A stretch of 64,000 nucleotides of DNA from a candidate division FCPU426 bacterium (GCA_963771075.1 CAVYSE010000007.1:96001-160000), one strand, 5' to 3'; counted from the stretch's first letter, positions 1-8,419 are shown. Translations and numbers: made by a program. Notes: a model not told the origin generated them from the sequence alone.

Positions 1-1
1 C

Positions 2-595
2 TCCATATCAGAAGAAGTTCCTGGATTTTTGAAGGGAAAAGGGAAGGGCTGGGTCACAAGTGAATATTCGATGCTTCCGCGAAGCACATCCGAAAGAACT
101 CCACGGGATTCGGTAAAAGGCAAAATCAACGGGAGAACGCACGAAATTCAGCGCCTAATTGGGCGTTCCTTGAGGGCCGTCGTGGATTTGGAAACCTTGG
201 GTGAAAGGCAGGTTGTCCTGGATTGCGATGTGCTTCAAGCGGATGGGGGAACACGAACAGCTTCGATCAACGGAGCCTATGTGGCTTTAAACGACGCACT
301 CCGAGCACTTCAAAAGCAAGGGAAGGTGAAAAGAAATCCTTTGAAAGAGGCGGTGGCTGCGGTGAGTGTGGGCATTGTACGAGGAAAACCCTGTTTGGAT
401 CTTTGCTATGAGCAGGATTCAAACGCGGCAGTAGATATGAACGTGGTGATGACCGCATCTGGTAAGTTTGTGGAGGTACAAGGTACGGCAGAGAAAGAAC
501 CTTTTTCACATGATCAGTTAAAACAACTTTTGAATTTGTCGAAAAAAGGAATCGGTCAAGTGTTAGCGGCTCAAAACAAGGCATTGCGAGGATGA
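2..595 (+). CDS. rph: Ribonuclease PH (5' end outside window)
   Basis: Motifs [39 protein letters not shown]; frame open to the window edge; followed by rdgB. Confidence 0.97.
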   Translation, partial: SISEEVPGFLKGKGKGWVTSEYSMLPRSTSERTPRDSVKGKINGRTHEIQRLIGRSLRAVVDLETLGERQVVLDCDVLQADGGTRTASINGAYVALNDALRALQKQGKVKRNPLKEAVAAVSVGIVRGKPCLDLCYEQDSNAAVDMNVVMTASGKFVEVQGTAEKEPFSHDQLKQLLNLSKKGIGQVLAAQNKALRG

Positions 596-1179
596 AAAGG
601 TTAGTTCTAGCCACTCAAAACCGGAACAAATTCAAGGAAATGGCTGATGCGCTCCGATTAACCGGATGGGAAATATTCCCCGCTTGGGAGTTTCCCGGAG
701 CCCCCGAAGTGGAAGAAGATGGCGAAACGCTTGAAGCTAATTCCTTGAAAAAGGCTAGAGCTTTATGTACTTTTACCGGACTTACCGCTCTTTCAGATGA
801 TACGGGCCTTTTTGTGAAAGCGCTGGATGGGCGACCGGGAATCTATGCGGCTCGTTACGCGGGAGAAGGGTGTACCTATGAGGACAATGTTCGGAAAATG
901 CTTGCGGAAATGGCGAAAGTACCATGGGATCAAAGACAAGCCTCTTTCCGAACCGCGATAACCCTCTTTTACCCAGACCGGCCTTTTGTTCAAGTTTGGG
1001 GTGAGGTGACGGGTTTCATTACCTTGGCGCCAAGGGGTGATAAGGGTTTTGGATATGACCCCATTTTCCAACCGGATGGCCTTGACAGGGTCTTTGCCGA
1101 AATGACATTGGAAGCGAAGAACCAAATGAGTCATCGGGGCAAGGCTTTGCAAGCAGCCCGGAAAATATTGAATTCCTAG
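592..1179 (+). CDS. rdgB: Non-canonical purine NTP pyrophosphatase (Ham1 family)
   Basis: [39 protein letters not shown]; overlaps the rph stop. Confidence 0.96.
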   Translation: MKRLVLATQNRNKFKEMADALRLTGWEIFPAWEFPGAPEVEEDGETLEANSLKKARALCTFTGLTALSDDTGLFVKALDGRPGIYAARYAGEGCTYEDNVRKMLAEMAKVPWDQRQASFRTAITLFYPDRPFVQVWGEVTGFITLAPRGDKGFGYDPIFQPDGLDRVFAEMTLEAKNQMSHRGKALQAARKILNS

Positions 1180-1264
1180 AAAAGCCACTCTCCTGTAAAA
1201 TCGACCAGCAAAAATGTTGTACACTTGCATCGGGATTAAAGGGCGTCCATTTGAGTAGTTTGGC

Positions 1265-1339
1265 CGGGGCGTAGCGCAGCGGTAGCGCACTTGGTTTGGG
1301 ACCAAGGGGCCGTGAGTTCGAATCTCACCGCCCCGACCA
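1265..1339 (+). tRNA. tRNA-Pro(TGG)
   Basis: Cloverleaf; anticodon arm CTTGG-TTTGGGA-CCAAG; TTCGAAT T-loop; CCA end. Confidence 0.96.
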
Positions 1340-1430
1340 AAAAATTCAATAGCTTATATGCAGGGAATATTACCACCTTGGTTTTTTTGAATTTCAGTGT
1401 TTGATAGCCTTTAAACCACTCATTCCATTT

Positions 1431-1507
<77 letters not shown>

Positions 1508-1522
1508 TATTTTTCAACGGTT

Positions 1523-2638
1523 TTACAACTTCACTTCTTGGCCGGCACCCGTCCGTGTCATATCCGTGTCAAACTGCCTCTCAACCTGTAGTAGTGCGTT
1601 CACCCGGTCCTTCCGGTCGATCCGGTTATACCGTTTGAACATGGCGTAGGTCTTATGGCCCGATATGGACATGATGACCGAGTCGCTTACCCCCGCCTTT
1701 CTTAGATTCGTCACCGCGCAATGCCTGAGATCGTGGAACTTAAAATTTCCGATCCCCACCATGCGGCACGCCCTCAAAAAGGCGGACTTGACGCTTTGCA
1801 TGCGCTTTCCCCTATGGGTGAAGACATAAGGGCTTCCAAGGGTCTTAGGGGTCCGTTTCAGGAGGTCTAACAAGCTCTCCGTCAAAGGGACTTCCCGTTT
1901 CTCCTGGGTCTTGGTGTCCGCGGCTTCCAGATTGATGACTTTGTTTTGAAAGTCCACCTGTTCCCACCGCAAACTCAAAATTTCCCCCTTCCTCATACCC
2001 GTCCAATAAGCCAATTGGACTATGGCACTCAGTCGGGGCGCGCAATAACCCAAGAGCGCCTCGTATTCTTCCGGCGTCAAGGTGCGGTCGCGGGATTCTT
2101 CCCGGAAGGGCCGTACCCTTTGGATCGGGTTTTTCTCAATCAAATCATTGAGGACCGCCCGATTCACGATAGCCTTGAGAGTCCCAAGGTCCCGGTTCAG
2201 TGTAGCGTTGGATAACGCCTTTCCGTTACGGCCTTGATTTAAGGCTTGGTTTCCGGCCTTCTTCCGTTGGGTTAAAAAGCCTTCCACAATGTCCGGCGTT
2301 AAGCTTCTCAAGGGTCTGTCACCGAAATAAGCCCTGAGCCGCTCGACCATCTGGATATCGTTCTGGTGGCTTTTCCTTCTTGCCTCGGAATAAGCCAGGA
2401 ACGAATCCGCCGCTTCGTTGAAGGTGACTTCCGGCTTTTCCACGGCCAAGAACTTTCCCGCCACCATTTCTTGCATGTGTTGGGCCAGTATCTTTTTGGC
2501 TTGGGCAACCGGTATTACACCCAATCGAACCCGCTTGCGCTTCTTCAATCCTCCCTCATCGATAAAGTAATCCAGGAAATACCCCTTTTCGTCCTTACGG
2601 AGAAATTGGGGCAATCCATGAACATTAGGTCTACTCAT
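1523..2638 (-). CDS. int: Tyrosine recombinase/integrase
   Basis: TGMRKGE, FHDLRH, ISGHKT...KRY catalytic residues; adjacent to attL. Confidence 0.96.
   Translation of the reverse strand: MSRPNVHGLPQFLRKDEKGYFLDYFIDEGGLKKRKRVRLGVIPVAQAKKILAQHMQEMVAGKFLAVEKPEVTFNEAADSFLAYSEARRKSHQNDIQMVERLRAYFGDRPLRSLTPDIVEGFLTQRKKAGNQALNQGRNGKALSNATLNRDLGTLKAIVNRAVLNDLIEKNPIQRVRPFREESRDRTLTPEEYEALLGYCAPRLSAIVQLAYWTGMRKGEILSLRWEQVDFQNKVINLEAADTKTQEKREVPLTESLLDLLKRTPKTLGSPYVFTHRGKRMQSVKSAFLRACRMVGIGNFKFHDLRHCAVTNLRKAGVSDSVIMSISGHKTYAMFKRYNRIDRKDRVNALLQVERQFDTDMTRTGAGQEVKL
1553..1575 (+). repeat. Putative integrase arm-type site CCGTGTCATAT(C/A)CGTGTCAAACT
   Basis: Tandem GTGTCA; recurs at 8036-8058, 12152-12174, 17620-17638 and 17738-17760. 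Confidence 0.7.
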
Positions 2639-2889
2639 GCGTCCCTCCTAATGTCCCCAGCACTTGGCATTTTATAATCAGAGTCCGCCCAAGATGGAAG
2701 GGGTTTTTTAAAAACTTGAAGAAACACCGAATACCAAACCCTCGGATACTTACCAACCTTCACAAAGGGAAGGGCACCGGTCTGCCGCCAATAGCGGACG
2801 GTATTGGGGGAAACACCGGCTTTTTCGGCAATGTCTTTGTCCGACATTAAAAAATTCCGCCGTTCGACATTTTTCCTACGATCTACCAT
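2635..2889 (-). CDS. Excisionase-like HTH DNA-binding protein (MerR/HTH_17-like)
   Basis: SDKDIAEKAGVSPNTVRYWRQTGALPFVKVG; 4-nt overlap with the int start; GGGAGG RBS. Confidence 0.8.
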   Translation of the reverse strand: MVDRRKNVERRNFLMSDKDIAEKAGVSPNTVRYWRQTGALPFVKVGKYPRVWYSVFLQVFKKPLPSWADSDYKMPSAGDIRRDA

Positions 2890-2914
2890 GGCCTACCTCC
2901 CTTTTTAAAAATTT

Positions 2915-2954
2915 TAAATAAACGACCCTCCAAAGAATTCTCTTTGGAGGGTCG
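2915..2954 (-). terminator. Perfect 14-bp inverted repeat with T-rich tail on the minus strand, just upstream of xis
   Basis: CGACCCTCCAAAGA-ATTC-TCTTTGGAGGGTCG (2923-2954). Confidence 0.55.
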
Positions 2955-3200
2955 AAAATTGGGTTGTGAAGCGTTCAAGGTTTGGGGGATTCTCCGGGCT
3001 GATTGACTTGGAATTTTGTTTTCGGTTGTCGAAGCGGAACAACTTGCGAGGGCGAAATCTTCGGGGCAGTAATCGCCCTTTAAATGCAAAATCTGAAATT
3101 CGTTTTTGGGGGTCATCCGTCACCGCCGTATTTTGTGATATTTATTTTGACTGTCTTAAGCGCCTAAACGTTTCATCAAAAAGAAATAATTATTTTGAAA

Positions 3201-3305
3201 TGTCACTGACCGTCACTTACTGCCGCTAACTGCCACTTGTGATCGGCAGTGATCTTTTGTGAGCATTCTCCGTGACCATCGTTAACCATGGATTGCCATG
3301 GATTG
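3201..3305. repeat. Two 10-bp-period direct-repeat arrays upstream of the Replic_Relax gene
   Basis: tgtcactgac/cgtcacttac/tgccgctaac/tgccacttgt and cgtgaccatc/gttaaccatg/gattgccatg; conserved in E2 at 13871-13975. Confidence 0.7.
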
Positions 3306-3398
3306 GACGCAATAGATTTTTATGACACTTAAAATTTTTGGGAGCGAAAGGAGAAATGAATCGTCCAAAAGGCATGAAAACAATTTCTGGAGGGAGCT

Positions 3399-4202
3399 AT
3401 GGGCCACTACCTGGAAATCAACGATACCGAAGCCCAGCACCTCGCCTGGATTCACTCCAACAAGTTCACCATCCCAGAGCTTTTCCAAAAGAAGTTTTAT
3501 CCCCAAGGCACCTATCGAAATACCTGTTACGTCCTCAGCAAATACGTCAAAAAAGGGTTCCTGCTTTTTGAAAAGGAAAATATGTTCGCGCATAACTTTT
3601 ATTTCCTGACCCTTCCGGCCATCCGCACCCTGGACGAGACAGGGCGGATGATCGTCATGGGCCGGAAGCACACCATCCGAATCAACCCCTATGAGCGACA
3701 GCATGACCTTATGGTCCAGGAGTTAAGAATCACCTTGGAGGCCACCCCCACCCTGGAAGACATCTTTTGGGTGAGTGACTTCGAAATGCGGGCAGGTATC
3801 ACCCCGCGAACAAAGGCCGAGTTCCTCAATGGGGAGCTGGAAAGAAACTGGCGGGTTAGGGCCTACGAAAGGGCAAAGTCCTTGGTCCGTAGGACGCCGG
3901 ACGGATACTTTGAAGCCGACTTCCAGGGGGAGAGACGGGCCTTTGTCCTGGAATTCGAGCGGACGGCCTATAACTGGAACATGGTCAAACGGATGGTCTA
4001 TAACTTGGACGACGCCTTTCCCAACGCCTGGCGGCTTGTTGTCTCGGAAACCTACCCCCATGCCTGGCGGATGATCCGCAACCTCCAAGCCTGGGTCATG
4101 GAAAGGGATCGGTCCAAGTGGTTGGTAAGCGACTTCGGCAGGGTAACGACCCGCCCATTCGAGAAAGTCTGGTTCCAGATCAGCAATCCTCTGCCGGAAT
4201 AA
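3399..4202 (+). CDS. Replication-relaxation (Replic_Relax, PF13814-like) protein: N-terminal wHTH plus PD-(D/E)xK-type domain
   Basis: Motifs QHDLMVQELR, RTPDGYF, FVLEFERT; GGAG RBS; same-length paralog in E2. Confidence 0.72.
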   Translation: MGHYLEINDTEAQHLAWIHSNKFTIPELFQKKFYPQGTYRNTCYVLSKYVKKGFLLFEKENMFAHNFYFLTLPAIRTLDETGRMIVMGRKHTIRINPYERQHDLMVQELRITLEATPTLEDIFWVSDFEMRAGITPRTKAEFLNGELERNWRVRAYERAKSLVRRTPDGYFEADFQGERRAFVLEFERTAYNWNMVKRMVYNLDDAFPNAWRLVVSETYPHAWRMIRNLQAWVMERDRSKWLVSDFGRVTTRPFEKVWFQISNPLPE

Positions 4203-4210
4203 CACCCCGT

Positions 4211-4381
4211 TGGCCGTGGAAAAAATGTCCTACGGTCTTTCATTCGGACGGAACTACAAATTTTAATCTTTCGGCTTTTTTAGGGGTGTTTTCCCATGCT
4301 CCGATGGCGAGCCCCCCTATCTCTGCATCAAGTACGGATGCGAGAAACGATAGGGGGGCTCGCCCTCTCCGCATGGGAAAA
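4211..4381 (+). other. Conserved non-coding structured module (three-stem hairpin 4289-4381); candidate origin/nick site or ncRNA
   Basis: 11-bp, 16-bp and 5-bp stems; compensatory changes versus 14966-15058 and 13402-13528(-); 4211-4287 identical to E2. Confidence 0.8.
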
Positions 4382-4708
4382 CCAGGAGACGTTATTTTTA
4401 AAAACAAGGATGAGACAAATTCAAATTAAAATCAGATTCAAGAGCAAGGCAAGGCAAACCGGAGCAGTATCCAGAGGTGGCAGGTTGGGATTGGAGTGGT
4501 GGGTGCAGGTTAGCGTGGTAGGTGGGTAAGACAAAGGCAGGGTAAGGGAAGTGGTAGTTTGGGATAGTTGGTAGGTTGTTGGTTATAGCTGTTTTAAACA
4601 GGGGTTAATCCTTCCTGATAACGTGGTTTTGGTTTTAAGGGGTGTTAATCTTAGGAACGACAAATTATGGTTCTTGTGGGTATAATGGTTTTCTAAAGGG
4701 GCAACAAT

Positions 4709-5032
4709 ATGCAGGGAACAGATTCAAAATTGACTGAAATCGTGAACCGCTTGGCGGAGGCTTATCACCCCGAGCGGATTTATCTTTTCGGTTCCACGGC
4801 TAGGGGCGACCAAGGCCCGGACAGCGATTTTGATTTAATGGTCGTAGTCCCTGATAACGCCCCGTCCCCCCTGCGCCGAAGCCGTTTGGCCTATGAGAGG
4901 CTTTGGGGTACGGGAACTGCGGCAGATGTTTTGGTTTGGACCCATACCGCCTTTGAAAGCCGGAAGGCCGTAATAGCCTCTTTACCCGCCACGATTCTCC
5001 GGGAAGGCCGTCTGCTTTATGGGGCCGCTTGA
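4709..5032 (+). CDS. Minimal nucleotidyltransferase (MNT), antitoxin-like
   Basis: IYLFGSTARGD...DSDFDLMVV (GS-x10-DxD); TATAAT at 4681-4686. Confidence 0.92.
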   Translation: MQGTDSKLTEIVNRLAEAYHPERIYLFGSTARGDQGPDSDFDLMVVVPDNAPSPLRRSRLAYERLWGTGTAADVLVWTHTAFESRKAVIASLPATILREGRLLYGAA

Positions 5033-5438
5033 AGCAGACCGCGCCGCTGAAACCAGGGCTTGGCTACATAAAGCCGCCCAAGACTTAAGGGGCGCTGAAA
5101 TTGACCGCCAAGCTGACCCTCCCTTTTTGGAAGACGTTTTGTTTCACTCCCAACAATCAGCCGAAAAATCTTTGAAGGCGTTCTTGTGCTGGCATGACCA
5201 ACCTTTCCGCAAAACCCATAACTTAGTTGAACTAGGAGAGCCTTGCGCCAAAGTGGACAGCACATTGGAACCCATCCTCCGAAAAGCCGCCGTCTTAACC
5301 GAATATGCTTGGAAATTTCGATATCCGGGAGACGTTGAAGTAATTGAAACGAAAGAAGCTGATGAGGCAATGGGTTTGGCCCGCCAGGTATTCGATGCGG
5401 TAAAGTTGCGGCTTCCGAAAGAAAGCCATCCAACATGA
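5019..5438 (+). CDS. HEPN domain protein (PF05168/COG2250 type)
   Basis: FHSQQSAEKSLKAFL, KTHNL, FRYPG; overlaps the MNT gene. Confidence 0.9.
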   Translation: MGPLEADRAAETRAWLHKAAQDLRGAEIDRQADPPFLEDVLFHSQQSAEKSLKAFLCWHDQPFRKTHNLVELGEPCAKVDSTLEPILRKAAVLTEYAWKFRYPGDVEVIETKEADEAMGLARQVFDAVKLRLPKESHPT

Positions 5439-5492
5439 GGATCGAAGTCGTCCTTTTTTGATGGAAGGTTCAGCTCAAACGGGGTGGATTTG

Positions 5493-5699
5493 TCACTCGA
5501 AAAAATTTTTTATGTCGATTTCAAAATGGTTGGCAAGTTTTTCAAGAAGGCGAACGGTGGGGTTTAACTTACCGGCTAAAAGACGGGATATTGTGGATTT
5601 CGCTACCTCTGCACCAAAGGCGACCTGCTCAGCGGTTTCTCCGCGTTTTTTGAGTGTCTTTTTTATGTTTTCAACGACCCGTTCCGAAGCACTTTTCAT
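5493..5699 (-). CDS. XRE/Cro-type HTH transcriptional regulator
   Basis: TAEQVAFGAEVAKSTISRLLAGKLNPTVRLLEKLANHF. Confidence 0.85.
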   Translation of the reverse strand: MKSASERVVENIKKTLKKRGETAEQVAFGAEVAKSTISRLLAGKLNPTVRLLEKLANHFEIDIKNFFE

Positions 5700-5763
5700 G
5701 CCCAGAGAATATATTTTTAAGTTATACTGCTAGTTGCTTATAGGAAACCTAAGAGGTGGGTCT

Positions 5764-6324
5764 ATGAAAAAACACTTGTGGCTTACGGGATTAACCTTTT
5801 CAGCGATTTTCGTTGTTTTTTTATCCTGTAATAAAATTACCACTCCGTTAGCACCTGGCTCCGGAACAAGCGCCAATAGCAGTAGCTTCATTTTGGCTTG
5901 TGGGTCAACTTTGCCTACATCAGCAAACAGTTGTTCGATAACTTTAACTTGTGGCACGGCTGTTGATTTGAGTTCCATTTTATCCGCAAATAGCACGAAT
6001 ATTTATGCTTGCGTCAACCCTTCCGGACTTCCAAAAAGCTTTAATAGTTCAAATGTTTATACGGGGTCAGCATACTGTTCAGCGCCAACAACCACATGTG
6101 CGGGACCGTCGGGATGCTCTGGCTCTTTAAATTCTTCAAACATAACCATAAATTGTGGGGACAATTTACCTTGTTCCGCAAACTCAGCTGTAATCACCAT
6201 AGCTTGTCCCACAATTACCGATTTAAGTTCGATTTCGTCGGTAAATAGCACAACCATTTACATGCACAATGCCCCTTGCAAGTTGCCTCAGAGCTTTAGC
6301 AGTAGCCATATTGTTTTGTATTAA
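5764..6324 (+). CDS. Ser/Thr/Cys-rich lipoprotein with an internally duplicated ~60-aa domain
   Basis: MKKH plus hydrophobic stretch plus FLSC lipobox; GAGG RBS; repeat CG..LP.SANS..IT..C....DLSSI.S.NST.IY. Confidence 0.75.
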   Translation: MKKHLWLTGLTFSAIFVVFLSCNKITTPLAPGSGTSANSSSFILACGSTLPTSANSCSITLTCGTAVDLSSILSANSTNIYACVNPSGLPKSFNSSNVYTGSAYCSAPTTTCAGPSGCSGSLNSSNITINCGDNLPCSANSAVITIACPTITDLSSISSVNSTTIYMHNAPCKLPQSFSSSHIVLY

Positions 6325-6353
6325 TTTGGCAGATAAGCATTCAGAGGTAAATC

Positions 6354-7229
6354 ATGAAGCCTGCATTGTTTTTGGTAATTTTGGTAGTAATGGTCGTAGT
6401 TCCTGCCTTGTCGTTGGCCCAAACACCTACACCTTCTGCACCTCAATACATAGCTGATGGAAACAAATATTACGCAATAAAAGATTATTCAAAGGCTTTG
6501 TTGTATTACCAAGCGGCCACCCAGTCGGACCCAGGAAGTGCCGTGGCTTTTCAGGGACTCGGAAACGCCAATTATATGTTGGGTCAAAAGACAACAGCTC
6601 TCGCTGCCTATGAAAAAGCGATGGCTTTAGATCCCACGAATGCTCAATTGAGCAATTTCGTTCAAACGCTAAAAACTCAAAATAATGAATCTTCAAAAGT
6701 TGTTACGGCTACCCCTACCCCATCAGTCCTTCAATTTTCAAGAATTGAAATAGATTTGATGGGTGGGATTGATGAGCCAGTAAACCCAGATGGATATGCG
6801 CTAAGCTTTGGAGGGGGAGGCACATTTTACCTTTCGTTGAATCGTGCCACGGCTATTGGCATTTCTCTTTCTTTGTATTCTTTTTCATATCAAGCCTCTA
6901 GCGCCACCAGTACTGTGAATGGTATTACCACCTCTTCTCAAAGCGGGGGAGGATCGGCTACCGAGTTTGAAGGATTGGCGGTTTTCAAGTTTCGGCTGAG
7001 TACTGGAAATTTTGAACCGTACATATTGGTTGGTGCCGGATTATCAGATTACAATGATACCGTTGATGGATCGGTGCTAAATCCCGCAATTAGTGGCGGG
7101 CTTGGTTGCGAATTTAGTTTGGGGTCCGGGACAAATCTTTTTTTAGAAGGCAAAACCAACGCGATAATTGCTTCGAATACGACTATTATCCACATACCGA
7201 TGGAAGCAGGCATCAACTTTGATCTTTAA
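6354..7229 (+). CDS. Secreted TPR protein with C-terminal outer-membrane beta-barrel
   Basis: Signal peptide, TPR helices, TATPTP linker, alternating beta-strands (EPYILVGAG, LFLEGK, AGINFDL). Confidence 0.75.
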   Translation: MKPALFLVILVVMVVVPALSLAQTPTPSAPQYIADGNKYYAIKDYSKALLYYQAATQSDPGSAVAFQGLGNANYMLGQKTTALAAYEKAMALDPTNAQLSNFVQTLKTQNNESSKVVTATPTPSVLQFSRIEIDLMGGIDEPVNPDGYALSFGGGGTFYLSLNRATAIGISLSLYSFSYQASSATSTVNGITTSSQSGGGSATEFEGLAVFKFRLSTGNFEPYILVGAGLSDYNDTVDGSVLNPAISGGLGCEFSLGSGTNLFLEGKTNAIIASNTTIIHIPMEAGINFDL

Positions 7230-7364
7230 TTCCAAGCTCTTTCTGGAAAAAGCAGAAAAAAGAGGCGAGAAACGTAAGATCATTCAGGGAAGCTACGGGA
7301 AGAAATGCCAAATATTAAAAATCTTATGACGGTAAGTTTAAGAAAGTGATAAAGGAGAATTCTC

Positions 7365-7961
7365 ATGCGGCCAAGAACCCCTGTTATTTTATTATTGTTT
7401 GCGACATTGTTAAGTTTAACCTTAGCTGGTTGCAAAGATGCGGAAGTGGCCCCAATGGTTCTTCCGCAATTCAACCAATACTTCCCAGCTACAACGTTGT
7501 TTCAGGTTGATAAACGATTTCTTTGGGTACAAACCAACATAGACGGAATTAGCGCGGCGGCGGCGGAGTTGATGTTTAAGCAGGATTGCGGCCAGGCCTT
7601 GCCAGCGATACAACAAAAATCATTCGGGCTGATTAAAAATTTATCCACGGCCTTATCTATCGCCGGTAAACAGGTTTTAATTGTTGGATTTAAAAACTAT
7701 TGGGTTGTTTGGGTTGTCCGCAATGGGATTGACACCCAGGGGCTTCCTTACAACTACCAGGTCTTGAATTACCAGCAGTTCAGTAGTTGGCTTATCCAGG
7801 TTATGGGCGCTGTTCCTACACCGGACCAGATCAAGGTCGTTACTTTGGAAAACGTCCAAGCTACCCCCAAAGGCCAGCCTGTAATAGCCCCCACCTTGGC
7901 CCAGGTTCGCCAACAGGTGGCCCAACAACCCCAAGTTAACAACCCGACCTTTGCGGAATAA
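7365..7961 (+). CDS. Hypothetical lipoprotein
   Basis: LAGC lipobox; AAGGAG RBS. Confidence 0.75.
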   Translation: MRPRTPVILLLFATLLSLTLAGCKDAEVAPMVLPQFNQYFPATTLFQVDKRFLWVQTNIDGISAAAAELMFKQDCGQALPAIQQKSFGLIKNLSTALSIAGKQVLIVGFKNYWVVWVVRNGIDTQGLPYNYQVLNYQQFSSWLIQVMGAVPTPDQIKVVTLENVQATPKGQPVIAPTLAQVRQQVAQQPQVNNPTFAE

Positions 7962-8112
7962 AAATTAAATCCTTGGGTGAGCTTTTAAACGTCAGCGTGC
8001 CAATGAAGTCGGTCGGGATGTTTTCATGGGTTTCGCCGTGTCATATACGTGTCAAACTCGACCGTCAAAATCGAGTTTTGACCGTCGCCAAGTGTCCTTG
8101 ACCGTCACCAAC

Positions 8113-8161
8113 AAAAAAAGCCTCTGCCTGCTTGGGTTGTGAAACCCTTGCAGGCAAAGGC
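8113..8161 (-). terminator. Hairpin plus T-tract (minus strand) inside the attR arm; related copy at 17814-17863
   Basis: AAAAAAA-GCCTCTGCCTGC...GCAGGCAAAGGC. Confidence 0.5.
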
Positions 8162-8222
8162 CTTAAAAATCTGCTGGGGACTTTAAAATTTTAAAAATGT
8201 TCCAACTGTGTTGTCGAATGAA

Positions 8223-8267
8223 CTTCTAAGCAGTAGGTCCCGCGTTCGAATCGCGGCAGGCGCACCA
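8223..8267 (+). repeat. attR of E1: displaced 3' half of tRNA-Arg(TCT)
   Basis: Identity starts at the anticodon loop (CTTCTAAGCAGT) and ends CAGGCGCACCA; T-arm differs by compensatory changes. Confidence 0.92.
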
Positions 8268-8419
8268 TATTTTACTAAATCCCAGGGGCGAAGGATTACA
8301 AACGTTGTTTTGGAAAACGTCTGAAAAGTTTTCGTGAAAAAGGGCTTTTTTATCTGAGATTTTTGATGGGCTAGAGTTCTGCTAAGTTTTCTCTTCCTTT
8401 ATGAATCGTCAAATTAATC

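Larger units (their letters stand above)
1508..8267. mobile_element. Integrative element E1 (~6.76 kb) in tRNA-Arg(TCT): int, xis, Replic_Relax protein, hairpin module, MNT-HEPN, XRE regulator, envelope cargo
   Basis: Integrase ends 15 bp after the tRNA; tRNA 3'-half repeat at 8223-8267; paralogous to E2. Confidence 0.92.

Noticed and set aside
4118..4529. Small ORFs over the hairpin and tract (4118-4429, 4296-4529, 14981-15178)
   Set aside because: Frames differ between E1 and E2, and substitutions preserve base pairing rather than amino acids
8223..8267. Extra tRNA genes at 8223-8267 and 17936-17980
   Set aside because: Only 3' halves, with no D-arm or 5' acceptor strand; they are attR sites
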